Below, one piece after another: positions 10,303 to 21,878 of a DNA stretch of 37,790 bases. This stretch comes from Chiloscyllium plagiosum (taxonomy: Eukaryota). How positions within the stretch are numbered: position 1 is the stretch's first letter; each line of letters opens with the position of its first letter. The DNA lies in the NCBI RefSeq assembly GCF_004010195.1, contig NC_057720.1, forward strand, positions 20,419,293 through 20,457,082. The letters run 5' to 3'. The translations under genes were made by a program, and so were the position numbers. The notes under the pieces are model-generated. The model saw nothing but the letters and a program-made list of their open reading frames with translations. It was not told the DNA's origin and searched no databases.

Positions 10303-12294
10303 GAACCCAGTCAAGACCTAAAGGCTTATGTGGGTGTGTTTCATTGGTAATTTTAATTTTCGGACAATGTAAGCATCCATATGAAGCAAATTATTCTCAC
10401 AATTTCCATTGGAATCATTTTTGCTCGGTAAACTTTATTGCTCCAGCTTTTGTGCATTCCTAAATGACCCCAGTACATCCAAGAACCAACACAACTCCAT
10501 TCACTTGGGGCAACCTGAGTTCTTCACCAACTTGAGTTTGATCCTATTGAGTGTATGTTAAAAAGTCTATTTGCCTGTACTGACTTTAAAAGGAACCACA
10601 TTTCATTTTCAGTGGAGTACACTGCAGTACCAAAATACCACATGAACCATGTTGTGTTGGCTATTGGGTGCTTGCGATTGGTTTAGTGTCATGGGATGGC
10701 TTGAACTCCCCTGCCAAGCTATATAGCTTATGCAATTCTCCCTAAGGATATTTGAAGGTCACAGGCAACAAAAGCCATCAGGATTGTCATTCAAAGCAAG
10801 GTTGGAATCAGTTTAAATGAATTTGTGTACGGCCAAAGTAAAGAAGTTGAATGAAAAGCTGGCCAGTCAAAGGATTATATTCCCAACATAACTGGAGACA
10901 AGAAGCAGACCTCTAACTATTGCTGTCCTCTGAGATTTAAGGAATTCAATTGTTAGCCACAATGAGATACCGCACTCAATTTCTTTTCAACATATAGGCA
11001 CCAGCCCAGAACACACAGCAAATTGAATTCGACACTTGCACAATTGCCACTGCACCTCACCAGCGTACCCCAAACATAAGGCAGTAGTCACAAGTTCAAT
11101 GATTTCGGAATTACTAAACTGTGGTCTGTACTTGTCATGCACCAACAGTAGTTTTAATCTGTTCTCCATTCAAAGATCTTTCTCCCTGCATTTACAACCA
11201 CAATCTACTTGCTGAGATGCCTCCCACCAAATATAACAAGAGCTGATGGATGTGCAGTCCTGAATTTCCTGCCTTACAGCACCTATGCCTGGTCTCCCCA
11301 TGCTGTGCCATGCTTCTTAATGCAATGGAACTTCACAGAGAGCCAAAGGCCTTTCCAACTGCTGTTTTAAGGTGGTCATTAATGCAGATGCACAGGCTGC
11401 TTGTTCATACGGACCTGATCTAGGAAGCGGACATCTTAGTGAATGGTAAACCGAGGCATCAATCTAATACTCTCAATGTCTGCCAGTTGACAATGTGTCA
11501 AACACACAGTGCATGTATGCAGCTAAACAGCCACATGGGAAACTGGCAGGAGCTAGTCAAGAAGGGTGCATTGTCAGTCAGAGCTACGATCCGCACAGAC
11601 TCCAAGGGCTTCAGTATGATCAGTCACCCACCTGGGATGTGCACGGTTAGGGGATCTGTCCCAGTACAGTCCGGTGGTGTTCAGCATTCACCAGCAGACA
11701 GGGAAATTACGTGTCTTCAGTTGGGAAGCTGCAAATGTGGTGGTGAGGGGCCTGATCCATTGTGTCAAGGGGCTATTCAGTGACATTAGTCAGAGGTCTG
11801 GGGCAATTATAGTCCTAAGTGTCCATCTGTCAATGTTTCAAGGAAGGGATGTGTGGCGAAGGGGTGGGAGAGTCAGGGTTGCGGTTGGGGCAGGGAAAGC
11901 CAAGGCATTTATGAATGTGGGGATAAAGGCCACCGCAGCGAAGCAATGGGAGGATTCTCAAGGTGAACAAGGAGGATGCAGACCAGTATCAGAGGGTACA
12001 GTAGGCCAAGAGAGGGGGTTTGGTGGCTGTAATCACCAGTATGGCCTCCACAGGAGAAGTATAAAGTGGCAGGGTGGACATTAAGGTGTAATTCTGAGGC
12101 TTGGGAGAGATAGGGAGGACAGTTGTACACAAAGTTCGGTGCGTTGGGAGTGCACATGGGAGGACAGGTAGAAATGGGCTGTCAGGAAAGTGCAAAGTGA
12201 TCGGGGACATTGAGGCCCAGAGGGGTTGGATGGCTGGCTGAGGAGAGTGGGATAACCTGGTGACCATGTGGGGCCCAGTGGCATTGGTTGGGAA

Positions 12295-12857
12295 GAGTTG
12301 GGAGGTCATGTTGCGGCTGTACAGGACATTGGTTAGGCCACTGTTGGAATATTGTGTGCAATTCTGATCTCCTTCTTAACGGAAAGTTGTTGTGAAACTT
12401 GAAAAAGTTCAGAAAAGATTTACAAGGATGTTGCCAGGGTTGGAGGATTTGAGCGATAGGGAGAGGCTGGGGCTGGGGGGTGATCTTATAGAGATTTATA
12501 AAATCATGAGGGGCATGGATAGGTTAAATAGACCAAGTCTTTTCCCTGGGGTGGGGGAGTCCAGAAATAGAGGGCATAGGTTTAGGGTGAGAGGGGAAAG
12601 ATATAAAAGAGATCTAAGGGGCAACTTTTTCACTCAGAGGGTGGTGCGTGTGTGGAATGAGCTGCTAGAGGAAGTGGTGGAGGCTGGTACAATTACAGCA
12701 TTTAAAAGGTATTTGGATGGGTATATGAATAGGATAGGTTTGGAGGGATATGGGCAAGGTGCCGGGACTAGATTGGGTTGGGATATCTAGTTGGGATGGA
12801 CGAGTTGGACTGAAGGGTTTGTTTCCGCACTGTACATCTCTATGACTCTATGACTCT
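12295..12857 (+). mobile_element. HER1/CR1 LINE 3' fragment
   Basis: LYRTLVRPLLEYCVQF..KLEKVQKRFTRMLPGL..FFTQRVVRVWNEL; (CTATGACT)n tail. Confidence 0.92.
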
Positions 12858-13666
12858 GCCATGAGCTGCACTTCCTGTCATCACTTGCTGTTTTTTATTT
12901 GCAAAGTGCAACCAGGACAGGCTGGAACAACACCCAGCATGGACAGAATAACAGCCAGTTTGATGGGTGAAAATGTGGCATCCATGTTTACTGAACACTG
13001 TGACGTTGCAGCACCAAAAGCATGAAGAAGCTGCCTGCAAACTACGTTGGAATTGCGATCATTCCATTGCCTGTACAATGTGAGGGGATGCAGACATCAG
13101 ATGCTGGTCAAAGCCAAGTGGTACATGTCATTGGTGCTGTCATATGGCACTTGGGCATCTCAATGTTGAAATTATTAGCGATAATGACAGACCACTGCTA
13201 GCTGAAGAGGAACCACAATTAGTGCAACTTCCATGGGTACTGTGTGAGCCACATAACTTGTAAGTCCTTGGTAGCAATTAATATGGGCCCAGGTTTGGGA
13301 GGGTTGTATTGCACTCCAGGCAACTACCTTCTCCATGATATGTGGTCATCATTCACCAAGTTACTGCTATGCCTAAACATGGATGGATGATGGAGTCATG
13401 TCCCTTGTTATCTGGATGCAGCGCATCTCACTGTGTGATGAAATGTACACAGCGCTGATATGCAAGATACACCAGTGCTAACCATTTGGAAATCGAAGAA
13501 ACTCTTTCACTCCTTCTGTGCTCAATTTAAGTCTTTTCCAGTGAGAGTGAAGGGCTCTGCTGCTGGTGGCACCTTGGGCACTGTGGCTGCTGCTACAGAC
13601 CAGTCCAAACCCCCTCAAAACATGTCAAGGAGACAGCCTGCAGCCTCACCTTTTCTTACTCTGCAT

Positions 13667-14702
13667 TGTGTTCTGGATCTAATTCGATTGGTCAAACTAC
13701 CAAGCTTAAAGCAAAACACACTTTATTCATACACTATAGTTAAAATACCGACAAAATAAAAAGAAAAGAATTGGCTTAACTGTAAGTCTATCCAAATACT
13801 TAACAAAATAATAAACTACTCATTAACTGTTCCAATACAGTAACATCTGATAAACGTTTGAGGGAGCTGAGGCTTTTCTCATTGGAGCGAAGAAGTGTCA
13901 GAGGCGACTAGATAGAGGTGTCCAAATTGAAGAGAGGGATAGATAGAGTGATTAGTCAGAGACTTTTCCCAGGACAGAAATGGCTATCACAAGGGGGCAT
14001 AATGTTAAGGCGATTGGAGGAAGGTTTAGGGGAGATGACAGAAGTCGGCTTTTTACACAAAGAGTGGTAGGTACATGGAATACACTGCCAGTGGTGGTGG
14101 TTGAGTCAGAAACTTTCGAGATATTTAAGCGACTCTTGGATGATAGTACAATAAAAGGTATGGGGGTTAGTTGATGGTAGAGTAGGATAAAAGGTCAGCA
14201 CAACATCAAGGGCCGAAGGGTCTGTACTGTGCTGTACTGTTCTGTGTTCTAAATACACCCTTGGTAAAGACAAATTCAGCAAAATGGATTGTCTCACATG
14301 AAAATCTAACAGCAGGAAGAGAACTCTAGCTTTGAGCTCTAACAGAGAGAGGAATAAGAGCTTCTACACCCAGCTTCAAGACCCCAGCAACTGCTGAAAG
14401 TTAAAATTAAAACCCTGGATCTATGGGAGCTTTACCCCACCCATTCAGGCTGCTTCTATTGTTCCGACTTTAAAAAAAAAACCGTAGGGGTGAAAAACTA
14501 TTTATTTTATTGGCTTTGGAGCAGACTATTTGGTTTCTCTTGGATGATAGAACAATGAAGGGTATGTGAGTTAGTTGACGTTAGAGTAAGTTTCCTGAAA
14601 TGCAGTGCTCTTCCAGCACCACTAATCCAATATTTGGTTCCTCTTCTCAACCTCAGAAAAAGCAGGACAAAATACACTTCTTAACACCATAGTATTGTCG
14701 CA
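13667..14702 (-). mobile_element. Solo LTR with nested insertions
   Basis: TG...CA termini flanked by CTGCAT at 13661-13666 and 14703-14708. Minus-strand AATAAA at 13722-13727. Its minus-strand start resembles the LTR start at 30574. Confidence 0.7.
13856..14250 (+). mobile_element. CR1 LINE 3' fragment nested in the solo LTR
   Basis: TRGHNVKAIGGRFRGDDRSRLFTQRVVGTWNTLP; tail 'gggccgaagggtctgtactgtgctgtactgttctgtgttcta'. Confidence 0.88.
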
Positions 14703-15169
14703 CTGCATTCTGACCAGGGGGGGCCAACAAAATCAGGAGGTCCAGTGCTGACAGTAAGCTCAGGAACAGCAGCAGGTCACTGCAGAGGACAAGAAATGCC
14801 CAGCTCAAGGAAAGGTCACAGATACAGAGTCCTTTAGGATACGGGGGTACACAGGTGCCCCAGAGCACTCTGAACCCAGCTCCATTTCCTGGGAATGAGC
14901 AAGGTACGGTGCCAACACAGGCTTTTTATGTCCCGGGACCTCATGAGGCCAATACTGGTGTGGGACCTGAGAAGTTGCAGGAGTGGGAGGACATCCTCTC
15001 CGAGTGGCTGTGATGGTCACTGCGGCACACTGATCCTCTCTGAGGGTCACTGCAGCACACTGAATGTCAATGCAGTGTAGATGGTCCACACTGCTCCAAC
15101 TGAGTGTCAGTGGCAGAGGGAGTGGGTGCCGTGTAATCAACACCAAAGTGAATGCTTCTGATATTCTGT

Positions 15170-15400
15170 TGGTGGGAAGGTGATTGAAGAAGGCCCAGAG
15201 GGTTAGAAGACTAGAACATTACCCTGAGTCATTCTTGCAGCAATGTCCTGGGTCTGATATGATTGGCTTCAGATAACTATAACCATCCATCTTCCTTTGT
15301 GCTATGTGTAGTGCTGGAAAGCAGAGAGTTCTCCACCATTCTGTTCACTTCAGTTGTGTGAAGGCATCTTGGTGTCACAGTTGACTGGATGCTGCCTCAG
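15170..15400 (-). mobile_element. Old CR1/L2-like reverse transcriptase fragment
   Basis: Degenerate minus-strand similarity to the RT segment running from W..SYL.QRKM.V.. to ..QG(S/N)VL. Confidence 0.45.
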
Positions 15401-15484
15401 GTGCAGGGAAGATAATTGTATTCGCCCTGCAATTCTAGACAAGCTTTCTTCTGCGTATTTGTCGCAACAAGGATGGTGCAACAA

Positions 15485-15616
15485 CTTCCTGATGAGGAGC
15501 TTATGCTCAAAACGTTGCCTCCCCTGCTCTTCAGATGCTGCCTGACCGGCTGTGCTTTTCCAGCACTACACATTTTGGCTCTGATCTCCAGCATCTGCAG
15601 TCCTCACTTTCTCCTA
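15485..15616 (+). mobile_element. Penelope-type short non-autonomous element with degenerate hammerhead motif
   Basis: CTGATGA-G-GAGC-TTAT-GCTC-AAAA-CGTT, then 'gatgctgcctgacc..gctgtgcttttccagc..ctctgatctccagcatctgcagtcctcactttctcc', shared with 24067 and 36567. Confidence 0.7.
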
Positions 15617-16417
15617 ATGTCTTTGTAAGCTCAATTATAAATAAGTTAATGATTTTACTGTGCATTGCATGGATAAGTATCTTCCTCTTGTATTTTCAAA
15701 TAGTTTGCAATAAGCACTTTAGAAACTTGGAGGCTGACATTACATTCTTTCAGTCTATGCTTACAATGTCACACAGAAACATTTTCTTCTTTCTGGGGTG
15801 AGGGACATGGTTGCCAAGGAGATGGTGTTTAGTATGAACGTGACTGTATTTTTCAGGAGGCCTGACAGATATGTGCAACAATTAAAAACTTAACTGGGCA
15901 ACATCAGATTTCTCATTGAAGAGAGGTGCTGGATAGAAATCCTGCCTCTGAGTGATTGCTTGGCAGCCGATAGAATAAGTAGGCACTGCCATTCTTTTAC
16001 ATGGGCTTTCACCAAGTATTGATGATGGAAGCCTGGAGGGAGAGAAGGCGTGTGAGTAAGGAGTTGTGATTGAGTTGGGAGTTGATAGAAAACAGAGGAT
16101 GGTGTCATCCAATAGGATCTTCCTTTGCTGATGATGGGTTCCCCAGTTGGGCAGAAAGTGGCTAAGTATGAGGAAGCGCCCTACTGTAGGTCAATCCAAA
16201 TAGCTTTGGCAGGTGGTTACCCCGAGTGGCAAGATCTTTGCTGGCCTTTAGTTGAATGTAAGCAGCAGAGGGGTGAGGCCTTATTAGTGACACTCAGGCT
16301 TTGTACCTGGAGCATGACTGGGGAGAGGTGGAAATGTGACCGGGTTGTCGCCACTTTCTGCCCAATCACCATGATCCAAATGGAAGAAGGGTGTCAATTG
16401 ACTGTATGGCCAACTTA

Positions 16418-16708
16418 ATAGAAATTGGAAATAGAAGCAGGAGTAGGCCATTTGGCCCCTCGAGCCTACTTCACCATTCAATATAATCGGGTTGACCATA
16501 CAACTCAGTATCCTGTTCCAAATTTCTCCCTAAAACCTTTAATGCCTTTAGCTCTAAGAATTATATCTATCTCCTTCTTGAAAGCAATCAATGTTTTGGC
16601 CATTCCGTAGAGATTCCCACAGGCTCACCACTCTCTGGGTGAAGAAATTTCTCCTCATCTCAGTCCTAAATAGCCTACCCCTTACCCTTAAACTGTGGCC
16701 CCTGTTCA
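16418..16708 (-). mobile_element. CR1 LINE 3' end
   Basis: Reverse complement of the 3'UTR seen at 1-364 ('gcaggagtaggccatttggcccctcgagcct'; 'ctctgggtgaagaaatttctcctcatctcagtcctaaat'). Confidence 0.85.
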
Positions 16709-17382
16709 TTTCTTCATTTTTTTTTAACATTTGGGCGTATCTATAATGGACAGAATTATTTTTTGTTAGATATTTTAGTATTTATGCATGGGGTTAGAAG
16801 GAGGTCAGAGTCAAGGCTAATCCACATGTCTCTGGGAAAATGCCAGCCAAAGCAGCAGGCAAAACAGACTGGAGACTGCATTCCTAAATAAACATTTCCA
16901 GGTGGGATAGTTATTTATATACAAATGCTGTAATATGTCATAAACCATACCAGGAAAATCTTCTGCCTAATTCTTGAAGAGCAAAATTCTTTGTCTGCTT
17001 TTTACTTTTCAGAAAGACAGTGAATGATAGTTCTGTGGCCTGTCAGCCTCCGGGTTTGATTTACATAGGATCAGGGACAGCAAAGGGATCAATTGCAATT
17101 TGAATTCATAGCAGGAAAATAGTCTGTGCTGAGACACAAGTACTGTTGTAGCCAAACTTATGCAATGTCCCACTCCCACACTCCAGGCTCTGTGCTATTA
17201 TAAGGTTTGAGACACTTAAATATGACAACGTTGGTACTGGTTTTACAAACTTAAGTTGGATATGTACGTAGTGAACAGGAAGATTTGTTAAACTAGAAAG
17301 GGACTGTCCTTACTTGATGAGGTAGCAGGATAAATAAGTACAAATAATTCAAACGGAATTATTTTCAATTTCTAACTTAAGT

Positions 17383-18215
17383 GGTAGATGGAGTTTAATT
17401 CAGATAAATGAGAGGTGCAGCATTTTGGGAATGCAAATCTTAGCAGGACCTGTACACTTAATGGTAAGGTCCTAGGGAGTGTTGCTGAATAAAGAGACCT
17501 TGGAGTGCAGGTTCATAGTTCCATGAAAGTGGAGTTGCAGGTAGGCAGGATAGTGAAGGTGGCATTTGGCATGCTTTCCTTTATTGGTCAGAGTACTGAG
17601 TATAGGTGTTGGGAAGTCATGTTGTGGCTGTACAGGACTTTGGTTAGGCCACTGTTGGAATATTGTATGCAATTCTGGTCTCCTTCTTATCGGAAAGATG
17701 TTGTGAAACTTGAAAGGGTTCAGAAAAGACTTACAAGGATGTTGCCAGGTTTGGAGGATTTGAGCTATAGGGAGAGGTTGCATTGGCTAGGGCTGTTTTC
17801 CCCAGAGTGTCGGAGGCTGATGGGTGACCTTAATAGAGATTTATAAAATCGTGAGGGGTATGGATAGGATAAATAGACAAAGTCTTTTCCCTGGGGTGGG
17901 GGAAACAAAGAACTAGAGGACATAGGTATAGAGTGAGAGGGGAAAGATATAAAAGAGACTTAAGGGGCAAGTTTTTCACTCAGAGGGTGGTGCATGCATG
18001 GAATGAGCTGCCAGAGGAAGTGGTGGAGGCTAGTACAATTGCAGCATTTAAAAGGCGTTTGGATGGGTATATGAATAGGAAGGGTTTGGAGGGATATGGG
18101 CTGGCTGCTGGCAATTGGGACTAGATTGGGTTGGGATATTTGGTCGGCATGGACGGGTTGGACTGAAAGGTCTGTTTCCATGCTGTACATCTCTATGACT
18201 ATGTCTATGTCTATC
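17383..18215 (+). mobile_element. HER1/CR1 LINE 3' ~830 bp
   Basis: ORF2 C-terminus (..LYRTLVRPLLEYCMQFWSPSYRKDVVKLERVQKR..; FFTQRVVHAWNELPEEVVEA); tail 'ctctatgactatgtctatgtcta'. Confidence 0.93.
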
Positions 18216-18244
18216 TAATTTGAATACCTGGGTTTTTTTCAAGC

Positions 18245-18790
18245 CACACACAGCACGATAACAGACCTTTCAGTCCAACCAGTCAATGCTGACCATTATC
18301 CCAAACTAAACTAGCCCCACTTGCCTGTGCTTATCCAAATCCCTCCAAACATTTCTTATTCATGAACTTATCCAAATGTCTTTTAAATGTGGTAACTGCA
18401 CCTGCATTCACCAGTTCCTCTGGAAGTTCATTCCACACATGAACCACATTCTGTGTAAAAATGTTGCCCCTCATGTCTTTTTAAAATCTTTCTTCTCGCA
18501 CCTTAAAATTATGCCCCCTAGTTCTGAACATGCCCACACTAGAGAAAAGACACTCGTCATTCATTTTATCTATGCCCCTCATGATTTTATAAACTCAGAT
18601 CGAATAGTATGATTCCATATATGGTCATCTCTCAACCTCCTACACTCCAATGAATAAAGTCCCAGCCTTTCCCTGTAACTCAAACCCTTCATTCCTGGCA
18701 AGATCCTGGTAAATCTTTTCAGAATCCTCTCCAGCTTAATAATATCTTTCCTCTAAGAAGCCGATCAGAACTGGACACAGTACTCCAGAT
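18245..18790 (-). mobile_element. CR1/HER1-related LINE 3' fragment, tail-to-tail with the previous element
   Basis: Reverse complement of CR1 3' motifs ('cagacctttcagtccaacc', 'ttccacacatgaaccac', 'cagaactggacacagtactccag'). Confidence 0.85.
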
Positions 18791-18939
18791 GGTGTTATGA
18801 AGGATGTTAAAATGGTTGCAGTAGTCAGCTAACCAGATTGGTTCAAGCTCACGAGCCAATCAATGATTGCGAATCAGTCTGAGCCAAAATGAACAGCTTT
18901 TAAAAAAGCTTTGACATTCAGGTGAATTTTGCCTGCTGA

Positions 18940-19290
18940 CTATGGAGCACAAGTTGGTCACTTGGCCCTCACAGCCTTCTGTGCCATTTAATAAGATCAC
19001 GGCTAATTTGATTGTAGCCTCAAAACGACATTCCCACCTGCCTCTGATAAGCTTAAACCTCCTTTGCTTGTCAAGAATCTATCCACCTCTACCTTAAAAA
19101 AATTCAAGGACTCTGTTTTCATCCATCTGTTCAGGATGAGAGGTCCTAAGACTGATGACCCTCTGTGAGAAAAAAATGGCCTTAACTCTATCTTTAAATG
19201 GACAGTGAATCCTAGTTCTAGGTTCTCCCATAAGAGAGAACATACCCTTCTCACCCCTCAGGACATTATACATTTCAATCAAGTTACCTG
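18940..19290 (-). mobile_element. CR1 LINE 3' end (older subfamily)
   Basis: Minus-strand ORFs IEMYNVLRG..FFSQRVISL and ESLNFFKVEVDRFLTSKG. Confidence 0.8.
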
Positions 19291-19302
19291 TAGTTCTTCA
19301 AA

Positions 19303-20266
19303 ACACGCTTTAGCCTTCATTGCTCAGACCTTTGTGCGTTGTGGTGGGGATGTCATGATTAGATTAGATTACTTACAGTGTGGAAACAGGCCCTTCGGCC
19401 CAACAAGTCCATGCCGACCCTCCGAAGAGCAACCCACCCAGACCCATTCCTCTACATTTACCCCTTCACCTAACACTACGGGCAATTTAGCATGACCAAT
19501 TCACTGAACCTGCACATTTTTGGACTGTGGGAGGAACCCGGGGCACCTGGAGGAAACCCACGCAGACAAGGGGAGAATGTGCAAACTCCACACACAGTTG
19601 CCTGAGGCGGGAATTGAACTCGGATCCCTGGCGCTGTGAGGCAGCAGTGCTAACCATGCCGCCTCATGTGGAGTTTGTACAGGACGTAGGTGAGGTCTCT
19701 TCTGGAATACCGTGTACAGTTCTGGTCATCCTGTTATAGGAAGAATATTATTTAATTGGAGAGGGTTTAGAAAATATTTACCAGGATGTTGCCGGGAATG
19801 GAGGTATAAGATATAAAAATGGACTGGACTTTTTTCACTGGAATGCAGGAGGTTGAGGGGTGACCTTATAGAGGTTTGTAAAATCATGAGAGGCGTCGAT
19901 AAGGTGAATGACAAGGGTCTTTTCCTTAGGGTAGGAGAGTTCAAAACTAGGGGGCATATTCTCATGGTGAGAGGAGAAAGTTTTAAAAAGGATGTGATGG
20001 GCAACTTTTTTACATAGAGAGTGATTCATGAGTGGAATGAACTGTCAGAGAATGTGGTGAATGTAGGTACAGTTACAAAGTCAGAGAATGTGGTGAATGT
20101 AGGTACAGTTACAAAGTTTAAAAGACACTTGGATAAGTTCATGAATAAGAAATGTTGGGAGGAATATGGACCAAGCGCAGGCATGTAGGACTAGTTTAGT
20201 TTGGAACATGAGTTGGTGTGGACTGGTTGGACCAAAGGGTCTGTTTCCACGCTTTGTGACTATGAG
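19303..20266 (+). mobile_element. CR1/HER1-related LINE 3' fragment interrupted by an HE1 SINE
   Basis: LAFIAQTF..DVM | SINE | ..LYRT..LLEY.VQFWS..; 3' tail 'ggaccaaagggtctgtttccacgctttgtgactatgagt'. Confidence 0.87.
19358..19663 (-). mobile_element. HE1-type V-SINE with 5-bp TSD
   Basis: Reverse complement of the element at 2648-2950; TCATG at 19353-19357 and 19664-19668. Confidence 0.92.
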
Positions 20267-20289
20267 TCCAGTCAAAATAAATCTCACTT

Positions 20290-20530
20290 ATGCAATTTTA
20301 CCCCTTAAGATAACCCTCCTATTCAAGATATTAAGTAAACATTCCCTGAACAGCTTCCAATACATTTATATCCTTCCTTAAATAAGGAGACCAATACTTT
20401 ACACAGTACTCCTGATGTTAGTCTCACCAGTGCCATGCTTAATTCAAGTTTAACCTTCTCACTTTTGTATTCAAATCCCTTCACAATAAACAATAGCATT
20501 GTACCAGTTTCCCTCATCATTTGATGTACC
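20290..20530 (-). mobile_element. Old CR1 ORF2 fragment
   Basis: Minus-strand MLLFIVKGFEYKSEKVKLELSMALVRL resembles CR1 'MLAFI.RG.EYKS..V.L.LY.ALVRP'. Confidence 0.75.
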
Positions 20531-20925
20531 CGTCTGCCTCTGTATCTCAGATCTCCTCAATGGAGTCATAAAGCACGGAAACAGACCCTTGGGTCCAACC
20601 AGTCCATGCCAACCATAATCACAAATTAAACTAATGCTGCCTGCCTTCACCTGGCTCATATCCCTCCAAACCTTTCCTGTTCATGTACTTATCCAGATGG
20701 CTTTTAAATGATGTAACTCCACCCACATCCACCACTCCCTCTGGAAGGTCATTGCACACAGGAACCACTCTTTGTGTAAACAAAATTGCCCCATGTGCCT
20801 TTTTAAAATCTTTCTCCCTCTCACCTTGAAAATATACCCCCTAATGTTGAAAAACTTCACCCTCGGGAAAAGACACCAGCAATTTAACTTATCTATACCA
20901 TTTGTGACTTTTACAGACCTCTATA

Positions 20926-21436
20926 TTTACAAAATACCGTGCAAGGACTGTAACAAACACTACATTGGACAAACAGGCAAAAAATTAGCCACCATTATAT
21001 ATGGACACCAACTAGCCACAAAAAGACATGATCCTCTCTCACTAGTATCCTTACATATGGATGAGGAAGGACCCCATTTCGACTGGGACAACACATCTAT
21101 CCTGGGACAAGCCAAACAAAGACATGCACGAGAATTCCTGGAAGCATAGCATTCCAACCAGAACTCTATCAACAAACACATCGAGTTAGACCCCATCTAC
21201 CACCCCCTGAGAAAAAGAACCGGAAGTGACTTCACCACTGGAAATGACATCACCGACCCAAAGAAACCCAAACATATAAATAGAAAGCAGGAATTATCAG
21301 CAGTGCTTTGCCTGAGGCCCACTGAAGATGTTACCTAGTAGAGGGACAAAACGTCCGGAAATGAACCTTCCAGCTCAGCGAGCAAACCTAAATCCAGATC
21401 CTCAACCTGAGCTACAAATCTTCTCAAAACTCACTA
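20926..21436 (+). mobile_element. Penelope-like element (PLE), 5'-truncated: GIY-YIG endonuclease region + 3' pLTR
   Basis: IYKIPCKDCNKHYIGQTGKKL..H..HFDWDNTSILG....AREFLEA*HS..NSINKH is the PLE GIY-YIG domain. 11-bp TSD AGACCTCTATA at 20915-20925 and 21437-21447. Confidence 0.92.
21319..21358 (+). ncRNA. Minimal type-I hammerhead ribozyme remnant in the PLE pLTR
   Basis: CCA-CTGAAGA-T-GTTACCT-AGTAG-AGGGAC-AAAA-CGTC-CGG. The core GAAA reads AAAA, consistent with CpG decay of CGAAA. Confidence 0.65.
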
Positions 21437-21639
21437 AGACCTCTATAAAGTCTCCTACGCTCCAGTGAAAAAGGTCCCAGCCAATCCAGCCTCTCCTTGT
21501 ACCTCAAACCCTCCATTTCTGGCAACATCCTGGTAAGTCTCCTCTGAACCTTCTTTAACTTAGTAATGTCCTTCCTGTAACAGGGTGACCAGAACTGGAC
21601 ACTGTACCCCTGAAGAGGCCTCTCCAATGTTCTCTGGTT

Positions 21640-21700
21640 AGCACGCAAAACAAAACTTTTCACTGTATCTCGGTCATTGACAATAATAAATCAAATCAAA
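21640..21700 (+). mobile_element. Short LINE 3' tail (Rex1/Babar-like)
   Basis: 'cttttcactgtatctcggtcattgacaataataaa' + (TCAAA)n; a similar tail lies at 27170-27300. Confidence 0.45.
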
Positions 21701-21878
21701 TTGATTATTATCTAATTGATGAGAGATTGCAGCTCTAAGATTCAGAGCGATCCAGTTGTCATAATACATGAATTTCAAAAGATGACATGCAGGTACAGCA
21801 AGTAATTCAGAATATTAATAGAGTGGAATTATTTATTGCGAAGGTGATTGAAGACAAAATAAGGGAGATTATGGTTCA

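Larger units (their letters stand above)
20563..21630 (-). mobile_element. CR1/HER1-related LINE 3' fragment interrupted by a Penelope element
   Basis: Tail at ~20563; minus-strand YSVQFWSPCYRKDITKLKKVQRRLTRMLPEMEGLRYKERLDWLG at 21440-21610. Confidence 0.87.

Noticed and set aside
10320..12290. Possible old transposon or coding sequence (ORFs 11439-11783, 11674-12084, 11989-12309)
   Set aside because: No motif I can recognise. It may be a decayed repeat but I cannot assign it.
15882..16112. Minus-strand 'DDTILCF' resembling an RT YADD motif
   Set aside because: Flanking RT motifs are not recognisable; too weak to call.
16755..17120. Plus-strand acceptor-like sites (ttttttgttag, ttacttttcag)
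   Set aside because: Downstream frames contain stops and no peptide is recognisable.
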